Shown: positions 29,525 to 40,333, counted from the whole stretch's first letter. The stretch: 63,974 nucleotides of DNA, filler included, from an uncultured bacterium (GCA_964372275.1; 5 parts of 5 records of this genome joined end to end with filler, not necessarily neighbours in it); one strand, 5' to 3'. Translations and numbers: made by a program. The notes: a model not told the origin generated them from the sequence alone.

Positions 29525-29957
29525 TGGAAGCGAGAGCGGCGCGACGCGGGACGGCGCCGCGGACGGCGGAGCCCGCGCCGCGGCCCTGCACCTCGCGGCC
29601 TGCGCGGGGCTGATCGGATTCGGGTTGGCCCTGCTGTGGTCGGCGCGCGGCCTGCCGACGCTTCCGTGGTACGAGCCGCTCGAGCGCCGCTGGATCCTGA
29701 CCGACGTCGCCCCGACCCACGTCGCGATCGACTACTACGGGCGCGTCGGCCTCGCCCTCGCCGCCGGCGTCGCCTCCGGCGCGGTTGCGTGGCGGGTGGC
29801 TCGACGCCGCGCGGCGGGCGTGACGCTCCTGCGCGCCGCGGCGGTGTGGGCCATCGGACTTACGCTCCTCGGCCTGCTTATCTATGGCATCGCGCTCGCG
29901 ACCCGCGTCGTCGTGCCGCCGCCGCTCCCGCCCGGCGCAACGGCGGTGGCAAAGTAG
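29502..29957 (+). CDS. three-TM membrane protein (start uncertain)
   Basis: hydrophobic helices; WYEPLERRW...DYYGR loop. Confidence 0.6.
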   Translation: MSASARSSGSESGATRDGAADGGARAAALHLAACAGLIGFGLALLWSARGLPTLPWYEPLERRWILTDVAPTHVAIDYYGRVGLALAAGVASGAVAWRVARRRAAGVTLLRAAAVWAIGLTLLGLLIYGIALATRVVVPPPLPPGATAVAK

Positions 29958-30057
29958 CGGCGCCCGCTCCGGCAGGAAGCGCGGAGAATGCCGACTCGGA
30001 CGCGGTTCAATCCTTCACGCAACCGAACCAGACCTGGCCGTGGGTCGCCACGCCGGC

Positions 30058-30157
30058 NNNNNNNNNNNNNNNNNNNNNNNNNNNNNNNNNNNNNNNNNNN
30101 NTTAATTAATTAANNNNNNNNNNNNNNNNNNNNNNNNNNNNNNNNNNNNNNNNNNNN
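30058..30157. other. artificial contig linker
   Basis: N-run with TTAATTAATTAA. Confidence 0.98.
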
Positions 30158-31141
<984 letters not shown>

Positions 31142-31199
31142 CGAAGCCGCGCGTGGCGTCGCGCCCGACAGCGTGACGTCCCGCTTTGCATTTTTCGAT

Positions 31200-31225
31200 G
31201 GGGCCCGGTCTTTCGACCGGGCCCC
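31200..31225. terminator. GC hairpin terminator between convergent genes
   Basis: GGGGCCCGGTC-TTTC-GACCGGGCCCC, 11-bp perfect stem. Confidence 0.75.
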
Positions 31226-31238
31226 TCGTCTTCCTGGG

Positions 31239-31628
31239 TCAGCGAATCTTTTCTTCGAGGATCGTGACCCGGCGCTCCAGGTCCCGCCAGTGCGAGCCGG
31301 TGTTCACGACGACCTTGTCGATCCGCTCGTCGATCCTCTCCAGCCGCGCGTCGACGTGCGCAAGCCGCTCGTCCATGGTGCCCAACCGCGCGTCCATGGT
31401 TCCGAGTCGCTCGTCCATCGTCGCGAGTCGCTCGTCCATCGTCGCGAGTCGCCCGTCCATCGTCGCGAGCCGCCCGTCCACGGTCGCCAGCCGTTGGTCG
31501 AGAAGCACGAAGCCGGAACGCGTTTCAAGGCGCAGGTCCTTGAGCTCGGACGTGTGCTCCTGGAGCGTTTCGTGGATCTTCTCCAGGATCTTCACTTCGG
31601 GGGTTTTTCCGTTTCCCTCTTGCGTCAT
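31239..31628 (-). CDS. small coiled-coil protein built from tandem heptads
   Basis: GGAGA RBS; MDERLAT-type repeats. Confidence 0.75.
   Translation of the reverse strand: MTQEGNGKTPEVKILEKIHETLQEHTSELKDLRLETRSGFVLLDQRLATVDGRLATMDGRLATMDERLATMDERLGTMDARLGTMDERLAHVDARLERIDERIDKVVVNTGSHWRDLERRVTILEEKIR
31314..31502 (-). repeat. 21-bp tandem repeat, about 9 units
   Basis: ATGGACGAGCGACTCGCGACG-like units. Confidence 0.85.
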
Positions 31629-31795
31629 ACGTTCTCCCGCTGTCCGTCACGACAGTCTAACGGGGTCGCCGGCCCGGACAACGGGCTGCTTCGCGAATCC
31701 CGCAACGGCTCGTCCGGCGGCGAGAAATCGGACCGTGACCAGCCCCGGATGTAGGTGCTTCCCGGGCGCTCCCCTGGCTATACTCCGCGCGGTCG

Positions 31796-32875
31796 ATGGA
31801 CATCGAGTCGCTGATCTCCCGCTACGGCATGCAGGGGCGCGAGCTGGACGTGATCCGGCACGTGCTGACCGGCGGGTCGGTGATCGACTGGCGCCGGCTC
31901 GACCTCGCCAACCGGGCGGAGGTCGACCAGCACCTCGCCCTCAACAAGCTCGACGGGGACGACCCGCGCGACGCGCGCTACATGCGCGGGGTGCTGGCCG
32001 AGTCGGTGCGTTTCCTGGAGGGGATCCTGGGGCGCAAGATCGACGAGGAGGTGGCCGGCGTCGACGACGTCCGGGACGTCTTCCTCCTGGCGCGCCGCGA
32101 GCGCCCGCGGCGGATCCGGATGGACGCCTGCTTCTGCCTCAAGGTGATGAACATCGTGAACCACCTGAACGGGCGGGAGCTCCTGTTCCGGGTGCCGATC
32201 TCCGAGCGCGATCTGACCTTTATGGCGCACGCCGAAGTGTCGCGCGTCGTCGACAAGATGCGAGGGGAGGGGTTCCCGATCGTCGACTTCGAAGGTGGGG
32301 AGAAGACCCGCGACAGCATGATCCTCAAGCTCCTGGCGAAGAAGGAGACGCTGGCCGCCGCCGTCTACGACAAGATCCGATTCCGCGTCACGGTGGAGCA
32401 CGTCGACGACATCGTCGGGGTGATCCTCCACTTCACCCGCCACCTCTTCCCCTTCAACTACGTCATTCCGGGCCAATCGCAGAACGAGATCGTCCCGCTC
32501 CCGGAACAGATGGAGGAGCCGTCGATCCCCGGCGCGCTGCCGCGCACCGGACCCGCCGAGCGGCACCAGCGACATCTGAACGAGTTCTCCGGCCAGAGCT
32601 ACCGGCACCTCGACTTCGTCGCCGACCTGCCGCTTCGGCTCGACCAGTTCGTGAACGTCACGTCCGATCCGGGCCTCGAGCGACTCGGGTCGGTCGTCTA
32701 CGCCATGGTCGAGTTCCAGGTGATCGACCGCCTCACCGCGCGCGCCAACGAGGCGGGGGAGAACAACCACGAGGCCTACAAGCAGCGCCAGCGCGAGCGC
32801 GTCGTCCGCCGCCTGGAGCGTCCGCACGCGCCGCCGGACGAGCGGGCGCGGATGCCCGAAGGGGACCTGGAGTGA
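31796..32875 (+). CDS. TIGR04552-like protein (RelA/SpoT-like nucleotidyltransferase fold)
   Basis: GGSVIDW, KTRDSMILKLLAK, YDKIRFR, FPFNYVIPGQSQN, NEFSG..YR, VEFQ, HEAYK. Confidence 0.8.
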   Translation: MDIESLISRYGMQGRELDVIRHVLTGGSVIDWRRLDLANRAEVDQHLALNKLDGDDPRDARYMRGVLAESVRFLEGILGRKIDEEVAGVDDVRDVFLLARRERPRRIRMDACFCLKVMNIVNHLNGRELLFRVPISERDLTFMAHAEVSRVVDKMRGEGFPIVDFEGGEKTRDSMILKLLAKKETLAAAVYDKIRFRVTVEHVDDIVGVILHFTRHLFPFNYVIPGQSQNEIVPLPEQMEEPSIPGALPRTGPAERHQRHLNEFSGQSYRHLDFVADLPLRLDQFVNVTSDPGLERLGSVVYAMVEFQVIDRLTARANEAGENNHEAYKQRQRERVVRRLERPHAPPDERARMPEGDLE

Positions 32876-33708
32876 CCGGGCGAGGACGCGTCGTCGTGGC
32901 GATTCTCCTCGCCGCGAGCGTCCCGGCCTGCGGGCTGGTGAAGTCGTTCCAGCGCCGGCCGCGCGTGACGCTCGAAGGGGTCGACGTGGTCGACGTCACC
33001 TTCCAGGCGGCGACGTTGAAGGCGCGCCTCGCCGTCGAGAACCGGATCCCGGTCTCGATCGGTCTGGCGAAGGTGGAATGGGCGGTCGCGATCGAGGACC
33101 GGTCGCTGGGACAAGGGGAGATCACCTCGCCCGTCCAGGTCCCCGCGAACGGGTCGACGCCGGTCGAGGTGCCGTTCACCGTCGCCTTCGCCGACCTTTA
33201 TCGCATCCTGGAGGCCTACCGGGATCGGGACGAGGCCCCCTATCGCCTCGACGGGAAGTTGGCCGTCGACACGCCGCTCGGGCCGCTGTCGCTCCCGTTC
33301 CGCCACCACGGGACGCTCCCGGTGCTCAAGGTTCCGGCCGTCGACCTGGTGTCGGTGAAGGCGTCGCGGGTCAATTTCGCCGGCGCGGAACTGGAGCTGG
33401 GCTTCAAGGTGAAGAACCCGAACACGGTGGCGCTCGCGGTCGAGACGCTCGACTACGACGTGCGTCTGGCGGGCTTGAGACTCGCCGACGGGCGGTTGCG
33501 AAAAGGGTTCGACCTTCCGGCGAAGGGTCACGGCGCATTCTCCGCCGAGGTCCGGCTCTCCTTCGCGCAGGTGACGACCGCGGTGCAGCAGGTGCTCGGC
33601 CGTTCGTCGGCCGACTATTCGGTCGGCGGAAACTTCTCGGCGCGCACGCCGTGGGGTTCGGTCACGACGCCGTACTCGAAGTCGGGGACGGTGAGGATCC
33701 AGAATTGA
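32872..33708 (+). CDS. LEA type 2 (WHy) tandem-domain lipoprotein
   Basis: VPAC lipobox; VKNPN..L; two similar domains. Confidence 0.85.
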   Translation: MTGRGRVVVAILLAASVPACGLVKSFQRRPRVTLEGVDVVDVTFQAATLKARLAVENRIPVSIGLAKVEWAVAIEDRSLGQGEITSPVQVPANGSTPVEVPFTVAFADLYRILEAYRDRDEAPYRLDGKLAVDTPLGPLSLPFRHHGTLPVLKVPAVDLVSVKASRVNFAGAELELGFKVKNPNTVALAVETLDYDVRLAGLRLADGRLRKGFDLPAKGHGAFSAEVRLSFAQVTTAVQQVLGRSSADYSVGGNFSARTPWGSVTTPYSKSGTVRIQN

Positions 33709-34859
33709 CCGCGCGCCCCTGCCACTTCGTCGCCGATCGCGGCGGGCTCGACCGGGCCGCGCGCCTCCTCGCCGGCTGCCCCGAGATCGGGATCGACGCC
33801 GAGATGGACGGCCTGCACGCCTTCCGCGCCAAGGTCTGCGTGCTGCAGATCGCCACCCCCGACGAGGACGTGCTGATCGACACCGTGGCGCTCAAGGACC
33901 TGGGGCCCCTGGAGCCGGCCTTCACGCGGCCGGGGGTGGTCCGCTTTGCGCACGGCGCCGCGCACGACGTGAAGTGCCTCAAGGCCGACTTCGGGTTCGG
34001 CATCGAGAAGCTGTTCGACACCTACATCGCCGCGCAGCTGCTCGGGCTCGAACGGTTGGGCTACGGCGACATCGTGCAGCAGCGCTTCGGCGTCCCGCTC
34101 GACAAGGCGTTGCAGACGGCCGACTGGGGGAAGCGCCCGCTGACCCGCGAGCAGATCGAGTACCTGCGGGGCGACGTGCGATTCCTGATCCCGCTCGGCA
34201 AACAGCTCCTCCACGAGCTGCGCGCGCGCGACCTGATGGAGGAGGCGGAGTACGAGTTCGCGCGGGTGTCGGCGCTTCCCCCCGAGTCGGACGGCGGCAT
34301 CGCCGACGACGCCTATCTGAAGCCGAAGGAGTCGCGGGACCTGTCCCCGGAAGGGCTCGCGGTGCTGCGCGAGCTGTTCCTGGCGCGGCACGCCGAGGCG
34401 CGGGCGCTCGACCGGCCGCCGTTCAAGGTGGTGCGCGACGACGTGATGGTCGAGGTGGCCCGCCGGCGACCGGCGACCGCCGCCGAGCTCGCCCGGGTGC
34501 CGGGCCTCCCGCGCGGTCCGATCCAGGAGCGACTGCTGGAGGCGGTGCGGCGCGGGATCGAAGCCGGATCGCCGCCGCCGCTCGCCCGGCCCGCGGGCAC
34601 CCGACCCGACGCCGACGAGATCCGCGCCCGGCGCGCGCGCGAGGAGGCGCTGCGCGGATGGCGCAAGACGGCGGCGAGCGGGCGCGGCGTGCCGCCGATG
34701 GCGGTCCTGCCGGCCTATACCCTGGACGAGATCGCGCGCCACCCGCCGGAGAGCCTCGAAGAGCTTTCCGCCCGCACCGGGATGATCCCCAAGCGGCTCG
34801 AGCTCTACGGCCAGCAGATCCTCCACGCCTTGACCGACGGAACGGGACACCGACCATGA
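33705..34859 (+). CDS. rnd: ribonuclease D (DEDDy + HRDC)
   Basis: IDAE, LQIA, FDTYIAA, DWGKRPL, Y..GDV, DRPPFKV. Confidence 0.88.
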   Translation: MTARPCHFVADRGGLDRAARLLAGCPEIGIDAEMDGLHAFRAKVCVLQIATPDEDVLIDTVALKDLGPLEPAFTRPGVVRFAHGAAHDVKCLKADFGFGIEKLFDTYIAAQLLGLERLGYGDIVQQRFGVPLDKALQTADWGKRPLTREQIEYLRGDVRFLIPLGKQLLHELRARDLMEEAEYEFARVSALPPESDGGIADDAYLKPKESRDLSPEGLAVLRELFLARHAEARALDRPPFKVVRDDVMVEVARRRPATAAELARVPGLPRGPIQERLLEAVRRGIEAGSPPPLARPAGTRPDADEIRARRAREEALRGWRKTAASGRGVPPMAVLPAYTLDEIARHPPESLEELSARTGMIPKRLELYGQQILHALTDGTGHRP

Positions 34860-35542
34860 CGATGCGACCCCACCCCCTCCTCGCCGCAGTGTTGGCGCTT
34901 TCGCTCGGATGCAGCGGCGGCGATGACGACGACGACGACGGTTCGATCAGCTTCGACGACAGCGGCGGCACCGGCACCGGCACCCTCAAGATCACCGCCA
35001 CCCTCTCGATGGGCACCGCCTTCCAGGCGACGGTCGCCGTCTCCGACGAGGAGAACGCCGCCGTCTCCGGGGCGTCGGTCGTCCTGACCACGCCGCTCGA
35101 GGAGATCGAGATGGTGGAGCAGGTGGCGGGGATCGGCTTCTACACCCTCCCGTCGAGCGGGTACGACTACGCGACCGGGTACCGCCTCGACGTCGACGCC
35201 GGCGAGGACTACGCGCGGGGCATCGCCATCACCGCGCCGGCCGAGAGCGACGTCACCGACCCCCAAGGGCAGTCGTCGCTGACGCTCGGCAACACGACCG
35301 ACGTGGTGTGGACCGGCCGCGGCGCCGACGCCTTCAAGGTGGAGTTCGAGATCAACGAGGCGGCCGGCAGCGGATGGGTCGACGGCGATCCCGGGACCTA
35401 CACCACCGCCGTCCTCAACAGCGCCGGGCTCGAGATCCTCACCTTCCGCCGCAAGAAGGAGATCGAGATCACCTCCGGCCGCACCGGATCGCTGTTGAAG
35501 CTGGAGCTCAAGGAGATCGTGAGCCCCTTGAGCGTCGAATAG
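34856..35542 (+). CDS. hypothetical lipoprotein
   Basis: SLGC lipobox followed by poly-Asp. Confidence 0.75.
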   Translation: MTMRPHPLLAAVLALSLGCSGGDDDDDDGSISFDDSGGTGTGTLKITATLSMGTAFQATVAVSDEENAAVSGASVVLTTPLEEIEMVEQVAGIGFYTLPSSGYDYATGYRLDVDAGEDYARGIAITAPAESDVTDPQGQSSLTLGNTTDVVWTGRGADAFKVEFEINEAAGSGWVDGDPGTYTTAVLNSAGLEILTFRRKKEIEITSGRTGSLLKLELKEIVSPLSVE

Positions 35543-35545
35543 CGC

Positions 35546-35908
35546 TCACCACTCGGCGAGCGTGGCCAGCGCCAGCAGGAGCAGGACGGCGACGCAGCAG
35601 GCGAGGGCTCGGCGGTCGTTCTCGCGGGCGAACAGGAACCCCGCCGCCGCCACCCGCGCCACCGGGGTCCCGATCAGCACCAGGATGCCGGCGCGGAGGA
35701 GGAGCTCCGGCGCCGATCCCGCCGCGGTGCCGCCGCCGGATCCGCGCGGAAGCCCGCCCTGGAAGGCGCCCAGCACGCTGCCGGCCGCGAGCAGCAGGCT
35801 CCCGAGGACGATCCCGGCCTCGACCAGCCGCGCGAGCGACCGGCGGGCAACCCCGCCGACGCCTCCTACGAGATCGCCTCCGCGAGCATCTGTGCCAACG
35901 CCTTTCAC
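35546..35908 (-). CDS. DUF1634-like membrane protein
   Basis: GILVLIGTPVARV...F..ENDR; follows TSUP gene as is typical. Confidence 0.75.
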   Translation of the reverse strand: MKGVGTDARGGDLVGGVGGVARRSLARLVEAGIVLGSLLLAAGSVLGAFQGGLPRGSGGGTAAGSAPELLLRAGILVLIGTPVARVAAAGFLFARENDRRALACCVAVLLLLALATLAEW

Positions 35909-36678
35909 GCGATCGCCTCCACGAGCATCCGTGCCGCGATCACGACGAGGATTGTGGCGAACAGCAGGCGCAGCCACGTCACCGGGACGCGCGGCATCCA
36001 CCGCGTCCCCACCGTCGCGCCGGCCAGGACCCCGACCACCGTCGGCGCGGCGATCGCCAGGTCGACCAGACCGCGGCGGAGGTAGAGGAGCGCGCTCGCG
36101 GAGGCGGTGACGCCGATCATGTAGGCGCTGGTGGCGACCGCAATCCGGAAGGGGACCCCCATCACCATGTTCATCACCGGCACCTTGAGCGCGCCGCCTC
36201 CGATCCCCAGCACCGCCGAGACGAAGCCGGCGACCGACGAGACCGCGACGCCGGCGGGAAGGTTGCGCGGCCTCCACGAGCCTTCCGTCGCCCGGAGGAC
36301 GTCGGGGGTCTCCGCCGGCGCACGGCGCGCCGCGATCCATTGCCAGCCGGCGAGGTAGAGCGCGAACAGGGCGAAGAGGACCTGCAGCGCACCCACCGGG
36401 AGCATGGCCGCCGACCACCCTCCTACGATCGCGCCGAAGACGGTCGCGACCTCGAGCACCATCCCCAACCGGATGTCGCACAGCCCGTCCGCCAGGTATC
36501 GCGCCGACGATCCGGTCGAGGTGGCGATCACCCCCACGAGGCTGGTGGCGACCGCCACCGGAAACGGAACGCCGAAAAGGAGCGTCAGCGCCGGAACGAG
36601 AAGGATCCCGCCCCCGACCCCCGCCAACGAGCCGAGCAGCCCCGCCGCCGCGCCGACGAGGAGCAGCAGGATTGTCAT
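35905..36678 (-). CDS. sulfite exporter TauE/SafE (TSUP) family
   Basis: GVGGG..VP and GIGGG..KVP repeats, VATS motifs. Confidence 0.9.
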   Translation of the reverse strand: MTILLLLVGAAAGLLGSLAGVGGGILLVPALTLLFGVPFPVAVATSLVGVIATSTGSSARYLADGLCDIRLGMVLEVATVFGAIVGGWSAAMLPVGALQVLFALFALYLAGWQWIAARRAPAETPDVLRATEGSWRPRNLPAGVAVSSVAGFVSAVLGIGGGALKVPVMNMVMGVPFRIAVATSAYMIGVTASASALLYLRRGLVDLAIAAPTVVGVLAGATVGTRWMPRVPVTWLRLLFATILVVIAARMLVEAIA

Positions 36679-36757
36679 GGCGCGAGTCGTTCGGGCGCCG
36701 CCGTGTCGCTCGGCGACGCCTGCCGTGCGCGATCGTCCGCGGGTACCACGCGCCGGC

Positions 36758-37510
36758 TCACGCCGGCCATGCCATCTCCGCGATCTCGGTCAGCACCATT
36801 TCCACCAGTCTTCCGTAGATCTCCTCCCCCTCCTCCGCCGAGGCTCCCGCCGGATCCCCGAAGTAGGCCTGGTCCGCGCCGGCCGCTTCGAAGGTCCGGA
36901 CGCCGTCGCGCATCGCCTTGGCGAGGTCGATCGGCTTCGGGGGGAGGCCGGCGCGCCGCGTCTCGCGCACCAGCTCGGGGCGCGCGGCGAGCACCAGCGA
37001 GGTCTCGTAGCTCCCGGCGTGGCAGGCGCCGCGCTTGAACTCGTCGGTCATCGTCCGCGCCCACCGCTTGGAACAGACGTCGGGGAAGCAGACCGGGCGG
37101 CCGGTGAGGCAAAGCGCCGCGGCGATGCCGTCCTGGATCGTGCGCAGATGGTCGGGCTCCAGATGGCTGTTGACCAGGACGACGCGGCCGAACCCTTGGC
37201 GGTCGAGGCCGACGCACAGGTCGCGGATCAGCGCCGTCGCCGTCTCCGCCGGGAGCGTCACCGAGCCGGCGAAGCCGGCGGCGTAGTCGGTGACGGCGTA
37301 GCTCGAGGCCGGCGCGATCACCGCGTCGACGTTTTTCTGCGAGAGCGCCCGCGCCACGCGGCGGCACAGCTCCCGCGAGATGATCACGTCGGTCGCGAGC
37401 GGCAGGTGCGGTCCGTGGGCCTCTGTCGACCCGATCGGCACCAGGACGACGGCGCCGGCATCGCGCGCCTCCTGGGCCTCGACCCAGGTCATCTCCGCCA
37501 GGAACTTCAT
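36758..37510 (-). CDS. creatininase/MftE-like amidohydrolase
   Basis: PIGSTEAHGPHLPLATD, NSH, HAGSYETS. Confidence 0.88.
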   Translation of the reverse strand: MKFLAEMTWVEAQEARDAGAVVLVPIGSTEAHGPHLPLATDVIISRELCRRVARALSQKNVDAVIAPASSYAVTDYAAGFAGSVTLPAETATALIRDLCVGLDRQGFGRVVLVNSHLEPDHLRTIQDGIAAALCLTGRPVCFPDVCSKRWARTMTDEFKRGACHAGSYETSLVLAARPELVRETRRAGLPPKPIDLAKAMRDGVRTFEAAGADQAYFGDPAGASAEEGEEIYGRLVEMVLTEIAEMAWPA

Positions 37511-37538
37511 CGGCCGGCTCCTCCGCGGGAGGCGTCCG

Positions 37539-39143
37539 TCAAGCGAGAGCCTTCGGCGGGTTCTCCCGCAAGAGCTTCCGCTGCACCTTGCCTCGGTCGT
37601 TGCGTGGCAGGTCGCCGACGAAGACGATGCGCCGCGGCACCTTGTAGCGGGCGAGCCTTTCCTGCGCGTGCGCGCGCAGCGCCTCCGCGAGCGCCTCGCA
37701 GGGGGCATGCCCGTCGCGCGCCACCACGTAGGCGAGCGCCTTCACCAGCCCGTCCTCCTCGTGTCCGACGACCGCCGCCTCGCGCACCGCCGGGTGCTGC
37801 ATCAGGCAGTCCTCGACCTCGAGCGGCGAGACGAAGATCCCGCCGACCTTGAGCAGGTCGTCCCCGCGTCCGGCGTAGTAGAGGTATCCCTCGGGGTCGA
37901 TCCAGAAGTTGTCGCCGGTATTGCGGCGGTCGCCGGCGAAGGTCGCGATCGACTTCGCCCGGTCCTGCCAGTAGCCGAGCGCCGCCGTCTCCCCCTTCAC
38001 CCACATCGCGCCGACCTCGCCGGCGGGCATGGGGCGGCCGTCGTTTCCCAGGATCTCGATCGAGTAGCCCGGGACCGGCTTCCCCAGCGAGCCGACGCGC
38101 GCCTCGCCGGGGCGGTTGGTGACGTAGATGTGGAACATCTCGGCGCTGCCGATCCCGTCGAGGATCTCGACCCCGAACCGATCGCGGAACTTGCGGAACA
38201 GCTCCGGCGGCAGCGCCTCCCCGGCGGAGATGGCGAAGCGCACCCGCGCGAAGTCGTCGGCGGAGATCTCGGGCAGCGAGAGCAGTCCGTTGAGCGTCGT
38301 CGGCACCGCCGCCACGATCGTGGGTCGATGGGCGCGCAACGCGCGGAGGACCGCCTCCGGCGTCGAACGCTCGGGAAAAAGCGCCGTCGCGGCGCCGACC
38401 GCGAACGGGAACATCAGGTTCGTCCCGGTGGCGTAGCCGAAGAACAGCTTGGAGACCGCGATCGTGACGTCGTCGGCGCGATAGCCCAGCGTGCGCTTGG
38501 CGTAGACCTCGGTGTTGAAGGCGAAGTCGACGTGCCGGTGGATCGCGGCCTTGGGTTTGCCCGTGGTGCCGGAGGTGAAGAGCCAGACGGCGGCGTCGTC
38601 GCGGTGGGTATCGGCGTTCGGGAAGCGGTCCGATGCGCGGGCGACGGCGTCCTCCCACGACACCACCCCGGCCCGACCGGAAGCCGGATCGGATCCGACC
38701 CGACCCGATCCGATCGTTCCGTCGAGGACGATCGCTCGCCGCAGCCAACGCGCCCGGGCGACGGCCGGCCCGAGGCGTTCCATCGTCGCCTCGTCGGTCA
38801 GCACCACCTTCGCCCGGGTGTACTCGAGCAGGTAGTCGTAGTCCTCCGTCGGCAGCAGCGGGTTGGCCATCGCGACCACCCCCCCCGCCTTGAGCGTGCC
38901 GAAGAACGCCGCCGCGAACTCCGGGCGGTCGGGGAGGACGATCAGCACGCGCTGCTCGATCTCCAGCCCCGCGGCGGCGAGCGCGTTCGCCACGCGGTTC
39001 GATTCGCCTTGCGTCCGCCGAAAGCTCCACGAGCCCCCGTCGAAGAGGATCGCCGTCCGGTCGCCCGCCCCCTCCTCGACGCGCGCGTCGAGGAAGTGAT
39101 GGGCCATGTTGAACCGTTCGGGGAATGCGGGTCGCTCGCTCAT
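37539..39143 (-). CDS. benzoate-CoA ligase family protein
   Basis: FTSGTTGKPK, KLFFGYATG, SAGEALP, DGIGSAE, GR.DD.LKVGG. Confidence 0.9.
   Translation of the reverse strand: MSERPAFPERFNMAHHFLDARVEEGAGDRTAILFDGGSWSFRRTQGESNRVANALAAAGLEIEQRVLIVLPDRPEFAAAFFGTLKAGGVVAMANPLLPTEDYDYLLEYTRAKVVLTDEATMERLGPAVARARWLRRAIVLDGTIGSGRVGSDPASGRAGVVSWEDAVARASDRFPNADTHRDDAAVWLFTSGTTGKPKAAIHRHVDFAFNTEVYAKRTLGYRADDVTIAVSKLFFGYATGTNLMFPFAVGAATALFPERSTPEAVLRALRAHRPTIVAAVPTTLNGLLSLPEISADDFARVRFAISAGEALPPELFRKFRDRFGVEILDGIGSAEMFHIYVTNRPGEARVGSLGKPVPGYSIEILGNDGRPMPAGEVGAMWVKGETAALGYWQDRAKSIATFAGDRRNTGDNFWIDPEGYLYYAGRGDDLLKVGGIFVSPLEVEDCLMQHPAVREAAVVGHEEDGLVKALAYVVARDGHAPCEALAEALRAHAQERLARYKVPRRIVFVGDLPRNDRGKVQRKLLRENPPKALA
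38671..38716. repeat. CCGAT/CCGAC pentamer repeat within the CoA-ligase CDS
   Basis: CGGATCGGATCCGACCCGACCCGATCCGATC; same composition as 1678-1770. Confidence 0.55.
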
Positions 39144-39162
39144 TACTTCCTCCGGCAGCGAT

Positions 39163-40287
39163 CTAGTCGATACGTCGCTCGAGGTAGGTGCCCTCGTTGC
39201 CTGCGACGTCGACGAAGGTGCCGGTCGACGTTCCGCCGACCGCCAGCCGGCGGAAGTCTTCGGAGTGGAAGTCGTAGTTGTCCGCCGAACTGTAGTTCTC
39301 GATGGTGTAGGTGCCGTTGCCGTTGTCAGAGAAGGTCCGGAGCGGTGTATCGGCGTTGATCGAGTCGACGCCGGACCGATCGTCGCCGTGGACGTAGGTG
39401 CGGCGGGTGTATCCGCCGAAGTAGTCGCCGCCCGACGTGAAGTAGATGCCGAAGGTGGCGATGTCGTTCAGCACGTAGTGCTCCACCACCGGCGTACCGT
39501 CGTCGATGGTGCCGGCGATGTTCGGATATCCCAGGCAGGCGAACGCGCCCCCGTTGCCGCTGACTCCCGTGCAACCGCCCGGAACCCAGGCCGACGCGGT
39601 GGAGCCGTCGCCGAGCGCCCCGCGGGCGATCGATCGGAGGTCGAAGTAGAGCTTCAGGACGACCTCGTCGCTCGCGGCGAGTGTGACGGGGATCGGAAGG
39701 GGATACGTCGTGCCGCAACCGGTGAACGGAACCGCGACCTCCTCCGCCGGGCCGGTCGTCGACATCCCGGAGGCGCTGTCGGCGTCGGTGTAGTACGTGG
39801 TTCCGTCGAGCGGAACCTCGCCGGTCAGATAGGCGTTCCACCCGGTCGACCGGCAGGTGTCGACGAGTACTGCGTCGTACGTGCCCGGAGAGAGCAGGTC
39901 GAGTGTTCCGCCGGTCCCTACGACGCCGCTGGTCAGCAGATTCTCCAGGGCGTCGACGTCGGCGAGTTCGACCAGGCACTGGTCGGGATCGTCCGCGTCG
40001 GCGTTCGCGCAGGCGTAGACGACGCCGGGCGGCCCGTCCTCGCGGGTCAGTGAGATGCGTACGACCGGCGCGCGCAGCGAGTGAATCGCCATGTCGCTCG
40101 ACCAGGCGTACGCGGCCTGGCCGGCAGAGGCGGGAAACGGTGCGAAGCTCGCCTCGCCGTCGACGCGGAGCAGCTCCGGCGAGACCGAGGCTCCCACAAC
40201 CGGATCGGCGTCCCGACCCCCGACGCCGTTGCACGCCACGAGAAATGCCGCCCACGCCGCCAGACAAAGAGTTCGAAAGGTCGCCAT
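39163..40287 (-). CDS. hypothetical acidic lipoprotein
   Basis: LVAC lipobox; GGAGG RBS. Confidence 0.75.
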   Translation of the reverse strand: MATFRTLCLAAWAAFLVACNGVGGRDADPVVGASVSPELLRVDGEASFAPFPASAGQAAYAWSSDMAIHSLRAPVVRISLTREDGPPGVVYACANADADDPDQCLVELADVDALENLLTSGVVGTGGTLDLLSPGTYDAVLVDTCRSTGWNAYLTGEVPLDGTTYYTDADSASGMSTTGPAEEVAVPFTGCGTTYPLPIPVTLAASDEVVLKLYFDLRSIARGALGDGSTASAWVPGGCTGVSGNGGAFACLGYPNIAGTIDDGTPVVEHYVLNDIATFGIYFTSGGDYFGGYTRRTYVHGDDRSGVDSINADTPLRTFSDNGNGTYTIENYSSADNYDFHSEDFRRLAVGGTSTGTFVDVAGNEGTYLERRID

Positions 40288-40333
40288 CGATGCCTCCGGC
40301 GCGGAGGATAGCGCGGATCGCCCGCGATCGACG

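Noticed and set aside
30007-30057. Minus-strand gene end AGVATHGQVWFGCVKD
   Set aside because: Too short to support an assignment.
31314-31502. 21-bp repeats as a CRISPR array
   Set aside because: No spacers, in-frame coding heptads, no cas genes.
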